This document shows positions 17,304 through 25,918 of a DNA stretch of 64,000 bases, piece after piece. The stretch comes from Bacillota bacterium. GTDB taxonomy: Bacteria > Bacillota > Desulfotomaculia > Desulfotomaculales > Nap2-2B. The DNA lies in NCBI GenBank assembly GCA_040755215.1, contig JBFMBG010000001.1, positions 41,157 through 105,156 on the forward strand, written 5' to 3'. How positions within the stretch are numbered: the stretch's first letter is position 1; every line of letters begins with the position of its first letter. The notes beneath the pieces were generated by a model. It was not told where the DNA came from. It was given only the letters and a program-made list of their open reading frames with translations, and searched no databases. The position numbers and the translations under genes are program-made.

Positions 17304-18428
17304 TTGCCCGGCAAAATGTTTCCCATCGGTGGCCCGGTATCCGAACAAGATATCGTGGACAGGGAGGAATTTATTTTGTCGCTCAAGACCAGGCTGGCCG
17401 ACGGTCAAAGCATCGTTTTGGCCGGACCCCGCAGAATCGGAAAAACGTCCCTGGCCCACGAAATCCTCAGACGGATGAAAAAGGAAGGTTTTTACACGGC
17501 GTCCGTGGATTTCTTCCGCCTCTCGGACAAGCTGGAATTCGCCACCGCCCTGATCAACGCTTGCCTCGAAAACAGGACGGGCGTCCGCAGGACGCTGGAA
17601 GCTTTGAAAGACCGCGCCAGGGTTGTCGTTGGGACAGCAAGGTTGGCGGTTAAGGTCGAAGATCTCGAACTCAACATCGGCTTTTCTCACGGCGAACCAG
17701 ACGAAAACACAATTCTTAACCGTGCCCTGGAACTGCCGGAAACCCTCGCGGAGCGGGACGACAGGCCCATGGTGGTCCTGTTTGATGAATTTCAGGACGC
17801 TGCACACGTTGCCGGCGAAGACATCTACAAAAAAATGCGTTCTTACTTTCAGCACCACAAAAGAGTATCCTACCTGTTCCTGGGTTCCAAAGAAGGGATG
17901 ATGAAAACTCTTTTCGGCAACCGGAGAGAGGCGTTTTACCGTTTTGCCGTAATTCTTCCCATCCCTCCTATTCCTGAAGACGCGTGGGCAGATTACATTG
18001 CCAGGAAATTTGCCGAGCAAAACATTGAAGCCGACAATGAAACCGTCCGGGAAATTATAAGAAAAACCGGCGGCCACCCGCAGAATACCATGCTCGTTTG
18101 CTCGGAAATCTATTACGCGCTTCTCGAAACAGAAAAAAGCTATATCACTCCGGGCATAATGCGGACAGGGTTCGACCGGGCGCTCCTCCGCCTGTCCCAG
18201 GTTTACGACGAAACGCTGGATGAACTGGGCAAGCGGCCATACGTGCGGCAAGTGTTAAAGCGCATCGCCACCGGAAACAAAGTGTACACTCAAAAAGCCA
18301 ATCCCAACGAAATCAAAAGGGCCGTCGATTACCTGATCGATAAAGGCGTTATCGAAAAATGCGGCAGGGGATCGTACAGTTTTGTTGAACCGCTATTCAG
18401 GGAATACGTGCTGCGCGAATTTTTGTAG
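17304..18428 (+). CDS. AAA+/archaeal-type P-loop ATPase with probable C-terminal winged helix
   Basis: GPRRIGKT, VVLFDEFQ, FLGS, TGGHP, C-terminal L..KGVI..Y.F.EPLF. Confidence 0.88.
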   Translation: MPGKMFPIGGPVSEQDIVDREEFILSLKTRLADGQSIVLAGPRRIGKTSLAHEILRRMKKEGFYTASVDFFRLSDKLEFATALINACLENRTGVRRTLEALKDRARVVVGTARLAVKVEDLELNIGFSHGEPDENTILNRALELPETLAERDDRPMVVLFDEFQDAAHVAGEDIYKKMRSYFQHHKRVSYLFLGSKEGMMKTLFGNRREAFYRFAVILPIPPIPEDAWADYIARKFAEQNIEADNETVREIIRKTGGHPQNTMLVCSEIYYALLETEKSYITPGIMRTGFDRALLRLSQVYDETLDELGKRPYVRQVLKRIATGNKVYTQKANPNEIKRAVDYLIDKGVIEKCGRGSYSFVEPLFREYVLREFL

Positions 18429-18464
18429 TGAACCTCCGCCGGGCCGGTCTCGGCGGAGGTTCAC
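18428..18464. terminator. Strong hairpin between convergent genes
   Basis: GTGAACCTCCGCCG pairs with CGGCGGAGGTTCAC (14 bp). Confidence 0.7.
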
Positions 18465-18650
18465 TTCTCTGCCCACGTCTCGCAAACCCCCACCTCCACC
18501 TCCACCGGCACATCCAGCAGGAACCGGGCCGCGGTATATTCCATAATCGAACCCAGGAGATCGGCGGCCTGCTCCGCCAGCTCCTTCGGGGCCTCCAAAA
18601 CCAGTTCGTCATGCACCGTAGCCACCAGGCGCACCTCTTCCCACCCCCGC
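18461..18650 (-). pseudogene. Family A DNA polymerase C-terminal fragment (phage/mobile type)
   Basis: LVATVHDELVLE motif C and DVPVEVEVGV..W terminus; fused to unrelated AT-rich upstream sequence. Confidence 0.75.
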
Positions 18651-19226
18651 CAATCCCATGTGAGACATCGGGTTTGAAAATCTACGTAACGTGCATATTT
18701 TCTAAACAATTCATTTGAAAACTTAACTCTTATTTCCACTACCTCATCCCTTGTCCAGGTCCAGGGTTTCGCCGTTGATTTGGAACGCCTTGTCCTCTTC
18801 CGCCAGGACGCTCTCTTGTTCGGCCAGCAGGCGCAGGCAGTCCACGCAGTCAACGCCACTGTCCGGGTTCAGGTCGGGGGAATACTTTTTCCCTGCTGAT
18901 TTCTTCGGCCTTGCCCGGAAGTCCGCCTCGCGGGCCAACGCGATCAATGCTCCTTTGTGCCGGACCGCTTCTGCTTCAACCTCGGCCAGCAGGCCGCGGG
19001 CCTGGGCCGCGGCGAAAGGCAGGCAGGCGAATTCTATTTCACCGTACCCGTCAGCCTGTTCGCCGCCAGGAGCCGCGCCAGGATTTCCTGCAACGGAAGA
19101 AGCATGGCGGCGTTACGAACAACTAAGACGCAAAGCACCTAACGGACCTGCTACTTCACAAAAGGTAGCAGGTTCCGGCTTTTTAAGAATAATCGAACGC
19201 CAGGTTTCGGCAGGTGACGCCGTACA

Positions 19227-19673
19227 ATGTTGAAGGATTTATTCGCCTTAGCTGAACGCGAAGGAATCATTATCGCATGGTGGGATTTTAAGCCGCCCCT
19301 GGAAGCTGTCTACATGGCGGTGCCCGGCCTGCCCCCGGTAATTGGCCTGGCGAACTCCCTTGCCACCGCCCCGCTCGCATATTTCCGCTCCGTCCTGGCG
19401 GAAGAACTGGGACATTTTTACACCACGGCGGCCAACGCGCTGGCGGTCACCTTTTTTCACTACCGGGACAGGTTGACGGTAAGCCAGGCGGAATACCGGG
19501 CTCGGAAGTGGGCGGCCCTTTACCTCGTCCCCGAACGTAAACTTTACAGGGCGTTGAGGAAAGGGATCAGGGAGATATGGGAGCTGGCAGAGTGGTTTGG
19601 AGTAACGGAGGAAATAATGGCGCTCCGGCTAAACCTCCTAGGCGGAAAACACCTACAGCGGAAGATTTGCTAA
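19227..19673 (+). CDS. ImmA/IrrE-family metallopeptidase
   Basis: LAEELGHF, E.RA..WAA..LVP, ELAE.FGVT. Confidence 0.85.
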   Translation: MLKDLFALAEREGIIIAWWDFKPPLEAVYMAVPGLPPVIGLANSLATAPLAYFRSVLAEELGHFYTTAANALAVTFFHYRDRLTVSQAEYRARKWAALYLVPERKLYRALRKGIREIWELAEWFGVTEEIMALRLNLLGGKHLQRKIC

Positions 19674-19738
19674 AACCACCAGATCGCCCGCAACAGTTCC
19701 GCATCTTTCCCCGCGCCCATCTCCCAGACAGGGATCAG

Positions 19739-19770
19739 GTCTGCCTCGTGGTCTGCATTTTGGTCTGCAT
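19739..19770. repeat. Three 12-bp-spaced GTCTGC(A/C)T direct repeats, putative integrase arm sites
   Basis: Copies at 19739, 19751 and 19763; the same motif and spacing occur at 4106 and 4118. Confidence 0.7.
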
Positions 19771-19883
19771 AGGCCCGGAAACCTAGAAAAATTAAGGGTT
19801 CCTTCTGGAACCCTACCCAGCCCTTTTCTTAATTTTTAAAAACCCGGAAACCCTTGATTCTCAAGGCTTCCCCGGAAAATAAA

Positions 19884-19958
19884 TGGTGGGCGCGGCAAGG
19901 ATTGAACTTGCGACCTCCTGCTTGTAAGGCAGGCGCTCTCCCACTGAGCTACGCGCCC
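19884..19958 (-). tRNA. tRNA-Val(TAC)
   Basis: Cloverleaf, CCTGC-CTTACAA-GCAGG anticodon arm, encoded CCA. Confidence 0.97.
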
Positions 19959-20009
19959 AATGCAACAGGAGATTACCTTGCGGGGGAAGGTAATCTCCGG
20001 CAAAAAAGC

Positions 20010-20085
20010 TGGTGACCCCACCGGGATTCGAACCCGGGTTACCGCCGTGAAAGGGCGGTGTCTTAGGCCGCTTGACCATGGGGCC
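20010..20085 (-). tRNA. tRNA-Glu(TTC)
   Basis: CCGCC-CTTTCAC-GGCGG anticodon arm, GTTCGAATC, CCA. Confidence 0.97.
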
Positions 20086-20138
20086 AATTGAGATGTGGGA
20101 TGTTTCTCACTTCTAACCTCTCACTTCTTACTTCTCCC

Positions 20139-20213
20139 TGGTGGGCCCACCAGGATTCGAACCTGGAACCAACGGATTATGAGTCCGCTGCTCTACCGTT
20201 GAGCTATAGGCCC
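20139..20213 (-). tRNA. tRNA with CAT anticodon (probably Ile2; elongator Met not excluded)
   Basis: GCGGA-CTCATAA-TCCGT; paired 1-72 so not initiator; GGGCCT acceptor stem resembles tRNA-Ile. Confidence 0.92.
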
Positions 20214-20218
20214 AAAAA

Positions 20219-20293
20219 TGGCTCCCCGAGCAGGATTCGAACCTGCAACCCCCCGGTTAACAGCCGGGTGCTCTACCGTTGAGCTATCGAGGA
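20219..20293 (-). tRNA. tRNA-Asn(GTT)
   Basis: CCCGG-CTGTTAA-CCGGG anticodon arm, G discriminator, CCA. Confidence 0.97.
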
Positions 20294-20307
20294 ACACCGC
20301 AAAAGAT

Positions 20308-20336
20308 ATTATACATAAAAAATCTCCCCAGGTCAA
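20308..20336 (-). promoter_or_regulatory. SigA promoter of the tRNA operon
   Basis: TTGACC-N17-TATAAT on the minus strand, 14 bp before tRNA-Asn. Confidence 0.85.
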
Positions 20337-20357
20337 TGGTTCTTAAGCAATAAATTT

Positions 20358-20699
20358 TTAATCCCCGGCGCTTTTCCCTGGCGACGACAGTCCTCTTACG
20401 GCCCGCACCGCGTCCCAGATTAAACACGAACCGGCCCAATCCGAAGAAGACGGAGATGACTGCAGGTACCTCTTCAATAATCCGCCGGTGTACTGTCCTA
20501 AAAAATACGCACCGATCAGGACGGGAAAAGAAACCAGGGCCCACCCGACGCCGAGCGCAAAGCGAAGCAAAACGACCAGAGGCACGGGCAGGTGAATGGC
20601 GGCTACCCAAGGCCGCGAAAACTTGCGGACGTTCGCCCGCCAGTATCCAAACGGAATGTTCAGCAAAAACACAATGGCCGCCAGATCGAACATTTTCAT
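20358..20699 (-). CDS. Small conserved-type hypothetical membrane protein
   Basis: NIPFGYWR..KFS..W..AIHLPVP pattern, hydrophobic, GAGG RBS. Confidence 0.75.
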   Translation of the reverse strand: MKMFDLAAIVFLLNIPFGYWRANVRKFSRPWVAAIHLPVPLVVLLRFALGVGWALVSFPVLIGAYFLGQYTGGLLKRYLQSSPSSSDWAGSCLIWDAVRAVRGLSSPGKSAGD

Positions 20700-20797
20700 T
20701 TTCCCCGCCTCCTTTCCCTGCGGGACAAAAATCACCGAAAGCTTTTTTGGCCTGCTTTTAAGCCCGTTAGAACAACCCGCCCGGGTATGTTTCCCCG

Positions 20798-21454
20798 TTA
20801 ATCCTCCCCGTCCGCTTCTGCTGACGTTTCGGAAGGACTGCTTTTTTCCGCCCTTTCCCTAAACCACCGGTGGATCTCGTCCAGGGCCGGCGGCGAGACG
20901 TAAAAGACCTGGATGCTCAGCGGGAACTGCACGGAATGTCCCTCGCTGATCACTAACACACCCGCTTCCCCTTCTGCAAGCGTTTCGTCGATCCGCCGGG
21001 CAATATAGGCAAACCTTTCTTGCGTCGCTTCCCGGTAAAATTCGGAAATCTTTTGAAAAACGTTTGCGCTCATCACCACCCGCAGGCAATTGCCCCAGTC
21101 CAGGCTCTGGGCAAATAAATCCATATCTTCCGTCGCCTGCAGTTCCGCCCCCTGCGCGCACTTTCTCTTGATTAGCGGGAAGCCTTTTTCGTTCAGCCGC
21201 TCAATCATCGCCAGGCCCTGCTCGCCGCCCAGGGAAACCGACTCGTGGTAAACCTTCTTTACTTTGCCTATCTTCCGCTCCAGGCTGTCTAACTGCTCCC
21301 CCGCCTGCTTCCAGAATAATTCCGCTTTTTCCAGGTAATCCTGGGGAGCATCCCTGCCGGCAAAGATCAACGGAACAAGGTAGAGTTTGCGCGTCCCTTT
21401 AAATTTTTCCGCCGCCGGTTTCTCCAGCTTGCCAAGAACTTCCGCCAAAACCAA
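20798..21454 (-). CDS. Hypothetical protein
   Basis: 218 aa ORF, AAGGAGG RBS, co-oriented with neighbours. Confidence 0.75.
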   Translation of the reverse strand: MVLAEVLGKLEKPAAEKFKGTRKLYLVPLIFAGRDAPQDYLEKAELFWKQAGEQLDSLERKIGKVKKVYHESVSLGGEQGLAMIERLNEKGFPLIKRKCAQGAELQATEDMDLFAQSLDWGNCLRVVMSANVFQKISEFYREATQERFAYIARRIDETLAEGEAGVLVISEGHSVQFPLSIQVFYVSPPALDEIHRWFRERAEKSSPSETSAEADGED

Positions 21455-21532
21455 CTACCTCCTTATCGCAAAAACAGATCCATCGCCAAGACGCAAAGGA
21501 CGCAAACACGCAAAAATCAAAAAGCAAAGTTT

Positions 21533-22081
21533 TCACTGGAGCAGCTCTTCTTTATACAGCGCAAATTCCTTTTCGTAAGGCCTGCTTGCTGCTTGCAAGG
21601 CTTTTGCCCATTCTTTGTTGATATCTGCATTGATCATTCGCACGGCCTCGCCGGAAATTCCCAGACGCCCCAGGATTTTTCTGCCGGCGGCATCGATTTC
21701 CTGTTCCTTTTTCCTTAGCACATCCCGGTAACTATCGTACAGCAGGTACAGCTTTGCCTTTGTTTCGTTGCTTTTTTGGTTGTCGCCGACCAGAGCGATG
21801 CCCGCCATAATTTTTTCCATCTTTTCATAATCCCCCAGCTCCAGCGCATTCACCAGCCTGCGCACCACCGCCTTTGCGACCAGCCCTTTGTCTTCGCCGG
21901 GCTGTTTTTCGAGATCATCCTGCAGCTGCTTCAAATCGAAGATGCCCAAAAATTTGTCCGCGATGGCCGCGCCGGCCAGCCGGCATTTTTCCTCCCGCTG
22001 TTTTTGCAGTTCTTCCGGGGGCACCTCCATGGCGCCGGCCCTTTCCAGGGCTATTTCCCAGGCGCTCTTAATCCTGCTCAC
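21533..22081 (-). CDS. Hypothetical helical protein (IKSAWEIALE N-terminus, DUF6657-like)
   Basis: GAGGAGG RBS before GTG; plausible helical composition. Confidence 0.7.
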   Translation of the reverse strand: MSRIKSAWEIALERAGAMEVPPEELQKQREEKCRLAGAAIADKFLGIFDLKQLQDDLEKQPGEDKGLVAKAVVRRLVNALELGDYEKMEKIMAGIALVGDNQKSNETKAKLYLLYDSYRDVLRKKEQEIDAAGRKILGRLGISGEAVRMINADINKEWAKALQAASRPYEKEFALYKEELLQ

Positions 22082-22170
22082 TACCGCTGCCCTCCTCTTC
22101 AAAAACCTTGTGGATTCTCAATTTATTTTATAATATAATCTTGGAAAAAGAAAGGACGCGGGAGGAAAAA

Positions 22171-22911
22171 ATGGCTTACTTCGGGTATTATGAAACGCTT
22201 AAGATAACGGAAAATCTTTACGGCTTTTTCTGGCAGGGCCGGGGGAACAACTGCAACTCTTATCTTTTCGCCGGCGTTTTGGAGGGAGACCGTCCGCACG
22301 TCATCATCGACCCCGGCCACATCGTCAACGAGTTCCGGGAACCGTGCTTCAAGCAACTGACGGCGGCAATGAAGGCGGAGGGTCTTGACCCTGAAGACAT
22401 CGGCCTTATCCTAAACACCCACGCGCACCCGGACCACTGCGCCGCCGGCGAAATTTTAACCCAAAACGCCGGCAAAACAAAGCCCCCTTTCATTGCTTTT
22501 TCCAGGGAAGAGTATGCCTTTATGCGCACGATTGGGGAAAAATTTTCCGGCGCGTGGGGCCTGTCCCTGGAAAAAATTGAACCTTTCTTTTTGCTGGGGG
22601 AAGGAAATCTAAACCTGGGCAAAATCACGCTGCAGGTGCTGATCACTCCCGGCCACTCCCCGGGCAGCGCCTGCTTTTACTGGCCGGAGAGAAAAGTTTT
22701 GGTAACGGGCGACGTGGTTTTTTACGGCAGCGTGGGCAGAACCGACCTGCCCGGCGGGAGTTTAAGCCAGTTGCAGGAGAGCATTGAAAAACTGGCCGGA
22801 TTGGACGCCGAATATCTTCTGCCCGGCCACTATACCGGCTACGGAAGTATTGTCGAGGGCCGGGAAAGGGTTGCGCGCAACTTCCAGGCGATCAAGATGT
22901 TTTTCGTTTAA
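22171..22911 (+). CDS. MBL-fold metallo-hydrolase (glyoxalase II-like)
   Basis: THAHPDH, TPGHSPG, TGD, GRTDLPGG, PGH. Confidence 0.92.
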   Translation: MAYFGYYETLKITENLYGFFWQGRGNNCNSYLFAGVLEGDRPHVIIDPGHIVNEFREPCFKQLTAAMKAEGLDPEDIGLILNTHAHPDHCAAGEILTQNAGKTKPPFIAFSREEYAFMRTIGEKFSGAWGLSLEKIEPFFLLGEGNLNLGKITLQVLITPGHSPGSACFYWPERKVLVTGDVVFYGSVGRTDLPGGSLSQLQESIEKLAGLDAEYLLPGHYTGYGSIVEGRERVARNFQAIKMFFV

Positions 22912-22951
22912 AATTAATGTTTCACTCCAGGAGGTTATTGAGATAGGCAGC

Positions 22952-23824
22952 TTGAGCAACCTGGAGCAAAAAGTGTTTGTTTTGACGCGCAACTTCCGCG
23001 GCGTACCGGGCTACGACCTGGTCATTCGCGACCCCGGTGCGACCGTTCAGGATTACCTGGACGCACTCAACGCGGCCATTGTCCGCCTGCCCTTAAGGCG
23101 TAACCGCCGGCGCGGGACGCAGGATTGCGTAGGGTGCGACCGCTGCTGCGCCGAAAGGGCCCCCCTGACCATAGTCGACTGTCTGCGCTTGCGGGAGGCG
23201 CTGGAAAAAGCAACTGAAGGAAAGAGTGCAAAAGGGACAGGAAAAGAGGCCGGGAGGGGAGCCGGGAAATGGACCGGGCAGGGAACCGGAGGAAAGCCCG
23301 GGGGAGGAACGGCGGAAAGGAGCGGAAGGGAAGCCGGGATAAAAACCGGGGGAGAAGGCGGTCGAGAGCCCGCTCGAGAGATTGGCGAAAAATGCCCGGA
23401 AAGCTGGGACGCCTTTTTTGACCGCTACACCACCGTAACGGTGCAGGGACCGGTGGTGGACATCGTTTTAAAACGAAACGAGGACGGCCGGTGCATTTTC
23501 CTCGACCGCCGAACAAAGCTCTGCCGCGTCTACAGCGCCCGTCCCTTCGTTTGCCAGACTTTTATCTGCTCTCCGGCCGCCCGCCGCGCCCTGGAGCTAA
23601 GGGAAGCACTGGTCAACAAGGGGGAAGACGAGCTGGTCAGGCTCTGGTTGACCACCGGGATGGTCATTCACCAGGCGCATCACCCCCGTCCCGACCCGCG
23701 CGACTGGCCGCCCACTCCTTTTGCCGGCAAAACCCGCTACGGCGAGGTGCTGCTGAGAGAAGTTTTGCCCGGTAGGATATGGCAAAAGCTAAAGGCAAAT
23801 GGTGGCTCGTGGCGGCGAGGATAA
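22952..23824 (+). CDS. YkgJ-family Cys-cluster (Fe-S/Zn) protein with a repetitive insert
   Basis: CVGCDRCC and CIFL..C.VY.ARP.VC..F.C; start codon uncertain. Confidence 0.82.
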   Translation: MSNLEQKVFVLTRNFRGVPGYDLVIRDPGATVQDYLDALNAAIVRLPLRRNRRRGTQDCVGCDRCCAERAPLTIVDCLRLREALEKATEGKSAKGTGKEAGRGAGKWTGQGTGGKPGGGTAERSGREAGIKTGGEGGREPAREIGEKCPESWDAFFDRYTTVTVQGPVVDIVLKRNEDGRCIFLDRRTKLCRVYSARPFVCQTFICSPAARRALELREALVNKGEDELVRLWLTTGMVIHQAHHPRPDPRDWPPTPFAGKTRYGEVLLREVLPGRIWQKLKANGGSWRRG

Positions 23825-23863
23825 CCCGCCCTGGGCGACGGGCAAAACGGATGGAGGTGTATA

Positions 23864-24385
23864 ATGAGCAGGAAAAAGCTCTATATCAATTACGAACTGC
23901 TCATGGCAAAGATAGCCGACCTTGAAAAAGCAACTGCTTTTCTAAATACAATCGCACGCAAAACAGAGGAAGAATTTCTGAGCGACCAGATTTTTATTTC
24001 AAGTGCAAAATACGAGCTGATCGTGGCTATCGAGGCCGCCCAAAGCATTTGTAATCATCTGGCCGCCCGGGTAGCCAAAGAAGCTCCCGATAGTTACGCG
24101 GATTGTTTCCGCATCCTGGGAAAGGACAAAGTCATTTCCCAGGAACTGGCCAAAAAATTAGTTTCCATGGCCAAATTCCGCAACCTCCTGGTACATCAGT
24201 ACGGCAAGGTTGACGATACCATTGTTTACGGCATCCTAAAAAACGATACCGCCGACCTGATTACATACATAGAGCAAATAAAATCGTTCCTGAAAGCCGT
24301 ACAAAAAGAGGAACAAAGAGAAGAGGCACAAAATAATGAAAAATCAAAAGCACTCCCTGACGGCTGCCGAAAAAAAGAAAATTAA
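23864..24385 (+). CDS. hepT: HEPN (DUF86) ribonuclease toxin
   Basis: FRNLLVHQY (RX4HXY), P.SYADCF. Confidence 0.88.
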   Translation: MSRKKLYINYELLMAKIADLEKATAFLNTIARKTEEEFLSDQIFISSAKYELIVAIEAAQSICNHLAARVAKEAPDSYADCFRILGKDKVISQELAKKLVSMAKFRNLLVHQYGKVDDTIVYGILKNDTADLITYIEQIKSFLKAVQKEEQREEAQNNEKSKALPDGCRKKEN

Positions 24386-24761
24386 AGAGATCCTCAAAAA
24401 GGAACTCTCCCGGCACGAAGAAATTGTCTTTGCTTACCTGCACGGCTCCTTTCCGCTGCCCATTCCCTGCGGTGACGTGGACATTGCCATCTATTTAAAT
24501 GAAACCGTGCCGCCTGAAAAATATTGGGAATACGAAGCAGAGTTGGCCCTGACCCTGGAGCGCCTGATCAGCATGCCGGTGGACGTGCTCACGTTGAACC
24601 GGGCTCCCGTTGCCCTGCGCTACCACGCCACCCGCGGGAAATTGCTTTGGAGTAAAAACGAACCGGCCAGGTTTACTTTTCTGGAGGATACCTGGCGCGA
24701 ATATTTCGACTGCCAGCCCATCTTCAGGGCTTTTTTGAAAGACTTACTCAGTACCGAATAG
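24336..24761 (+). CDS. mntA: Minimal nucleotidyltransferase antitoxin
   Basis: FAYLHGS..DVDIA, VDV..LN.AP. Confidence 0.88.
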   Translation: MKNQKHSLTAAEKKKIKEILKKELSRHEEIVFAYLHGSFPLPIPCGDVDIAIYLNETVPPEKYWEYEAELALTLERLISMPVDVLTLNRAPVALRYHATRGKLLWSKNEPARFTFLEDTWREYFDCQPIFRAFLKDLLSTE

Positions 24762-24816
24762 GTTTTCAGCCGATCAATATTGTTGGGTTATATTTTCCAT
24801 TCTGGTTTTAAAAGGT

Positions 24817-25524
24817 GTGATGCCGGTGTTTTCCAATATTCTTCCCATCCTTTTCAAACTGCTGGACACCTTCCCCGCCCCAACGGAACCAGAGGGGCCG
24901 GCGGGGCCGGCAAAACCCGCGGAACCAGCCCCACCGGCGCCTGCCGTGCTCCTCCTTAAAAACAACGCGAAAGGAGAAGACGAGCTGGCAGCCAGGATTC
25001 TTCTCAAAAAGGCCGCCGGTTCCGCTGCCGGCTCCCGGCAGGCACACGAGGCAAGCCCGGCCCGGGAAGCTGGTTTCGCCAGGCCGGAAGGCGGCAGCCC
25101 CCCTTCCACGGGCCTGCTTTCCGGTCTCCAGGATACTGCCCTCCTTCTACCCTTGCCGCTGAAGAGCCCGCATTTCCGAGAAACCGGCTTTTATCTGGTT
25201 CTGGGCAACCGGGACAAAAGCGATGCAGAAGAAAAAGAAGGGTTCACCCTGCTGCTTGTTTTGAAAACCACCAACCTGGGAGTGCTGCGTCTTTTTTTCC
25301 TTCATCAGCGGGAGAATCTGCAGCTAAGCTGGTTGACGCAAACAGACGCGGTTAAAGAATACCTGGAAAAAGGTTTTCCGGAACTGGAAGCCGGACTCTC
25401 CGGCGCGGGCTACGCAAACGTGATCATGAATATCCGGCGCCTGCCCGAAGAGGTGCAAACGGACAGCGCCCCCGCCCACCCCCGCCGGATAACACAGGAT
25501 CGGGGCTTCGATTTGTATGTCTGA
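24817..25524 (+). CDS. Protein with a C-terminal FliK (hook-length control)-like domain
   Basis: Pro/Ala-rich N-terminus, L.T.NLG.L..L..L...GY..GFDLYV C-terminus; coupled to an FlhB-like gene. Confidence 0.55.
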   Translation: MMPVFSNILPILFKLLDTFPAPTEPEGPAGPAKPAEPAPPAPAVLLLKNNAKGEDELAARILLKKAAGSAAGSRQAHEASPAREAGFARPEGGSPPSTGLLSGLQDTALLLPLPLKSPHFRETGFYLVLGNRDKSDAEEKEGFTLLLVLKTTNLGVLRLFFLHQRENLQLSWLTQTDAVKEYLEKGFPELEAGLSGAGYANVIMNIRRLPEEVQTDSAPAHPRRITQDRGFDLYV

Positions 25525-25882
25525 ATCGGGGAGGTTTTTAGAGGTGCCGGAACAACGGCGCGAAATTGCCGCCGCCCTGCGCTACAACCCGGAGGAGCAC
25601 AGCGCCCCGGTGGTGGTGGCCGCGGGGCGCGGCGACCTGGCCAAAAAAATAAAAGAAATCGCCCGGGAACACAACATCCCGGTGTACGAAGACGAGGCCC
25701 TGGCGGACGCCCTGGTCAAGCTGGGCGCCCAGGTGGAAATTCCGCCCGAACTGTACCAGGCGGTGGCCTGCGTTTTAGCCTACGTGGCCCGGCTGGATCA
25801 AAGGGTGCAGGCGACTCCTTTTCCCCGGGGCAGGAAAGGAACATCGGAAACTGGCCAAGAAAGGGTGAATGGGCTGGGCTGA
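25517..25882 (+). CDS. Stand-alone FlhB/EscU cytoplasmic-domain protein (FlhX/YlqH-like)
   Basis: AAALRY..APVVVAAGRG.LA.KI...A....IP, EIPPELYQAVA.VL. Confidence 0.9.
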   Translation: MSESGRFLEVPEQRREIAAALRYNPEEHSAPVVVAAGRGDLAKKIKEIAREHNIPVYEDEALADALVKLGAQVEIPPELYQAVACVLAYVARLDQRVQATPFPRGRKGTSETGQERVNGLG

Positions 25883-25918
25883 ATCAGCTATGGCTGCTTC
25901 TTTCCTTACCTGTTTTCC

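Larger units (their letters stand above)
4032..19906. mobile_element. Decayed integrative element (prophage/ICE-like genomic island, about 15.9 kb) in tRNA-Val(TAC)
   Basis: Flanking direct repeats of the tRNA 3' end; integrase remnant at one end and ImmA-type protease at the other; mosaic base composition; TA and metal-resistance cargo. Confidence 0.88.

Noticed and set aside
19836..20282. Short ORFs over the tRNA cluster
   Set aside because: They are translations of tRNA genes
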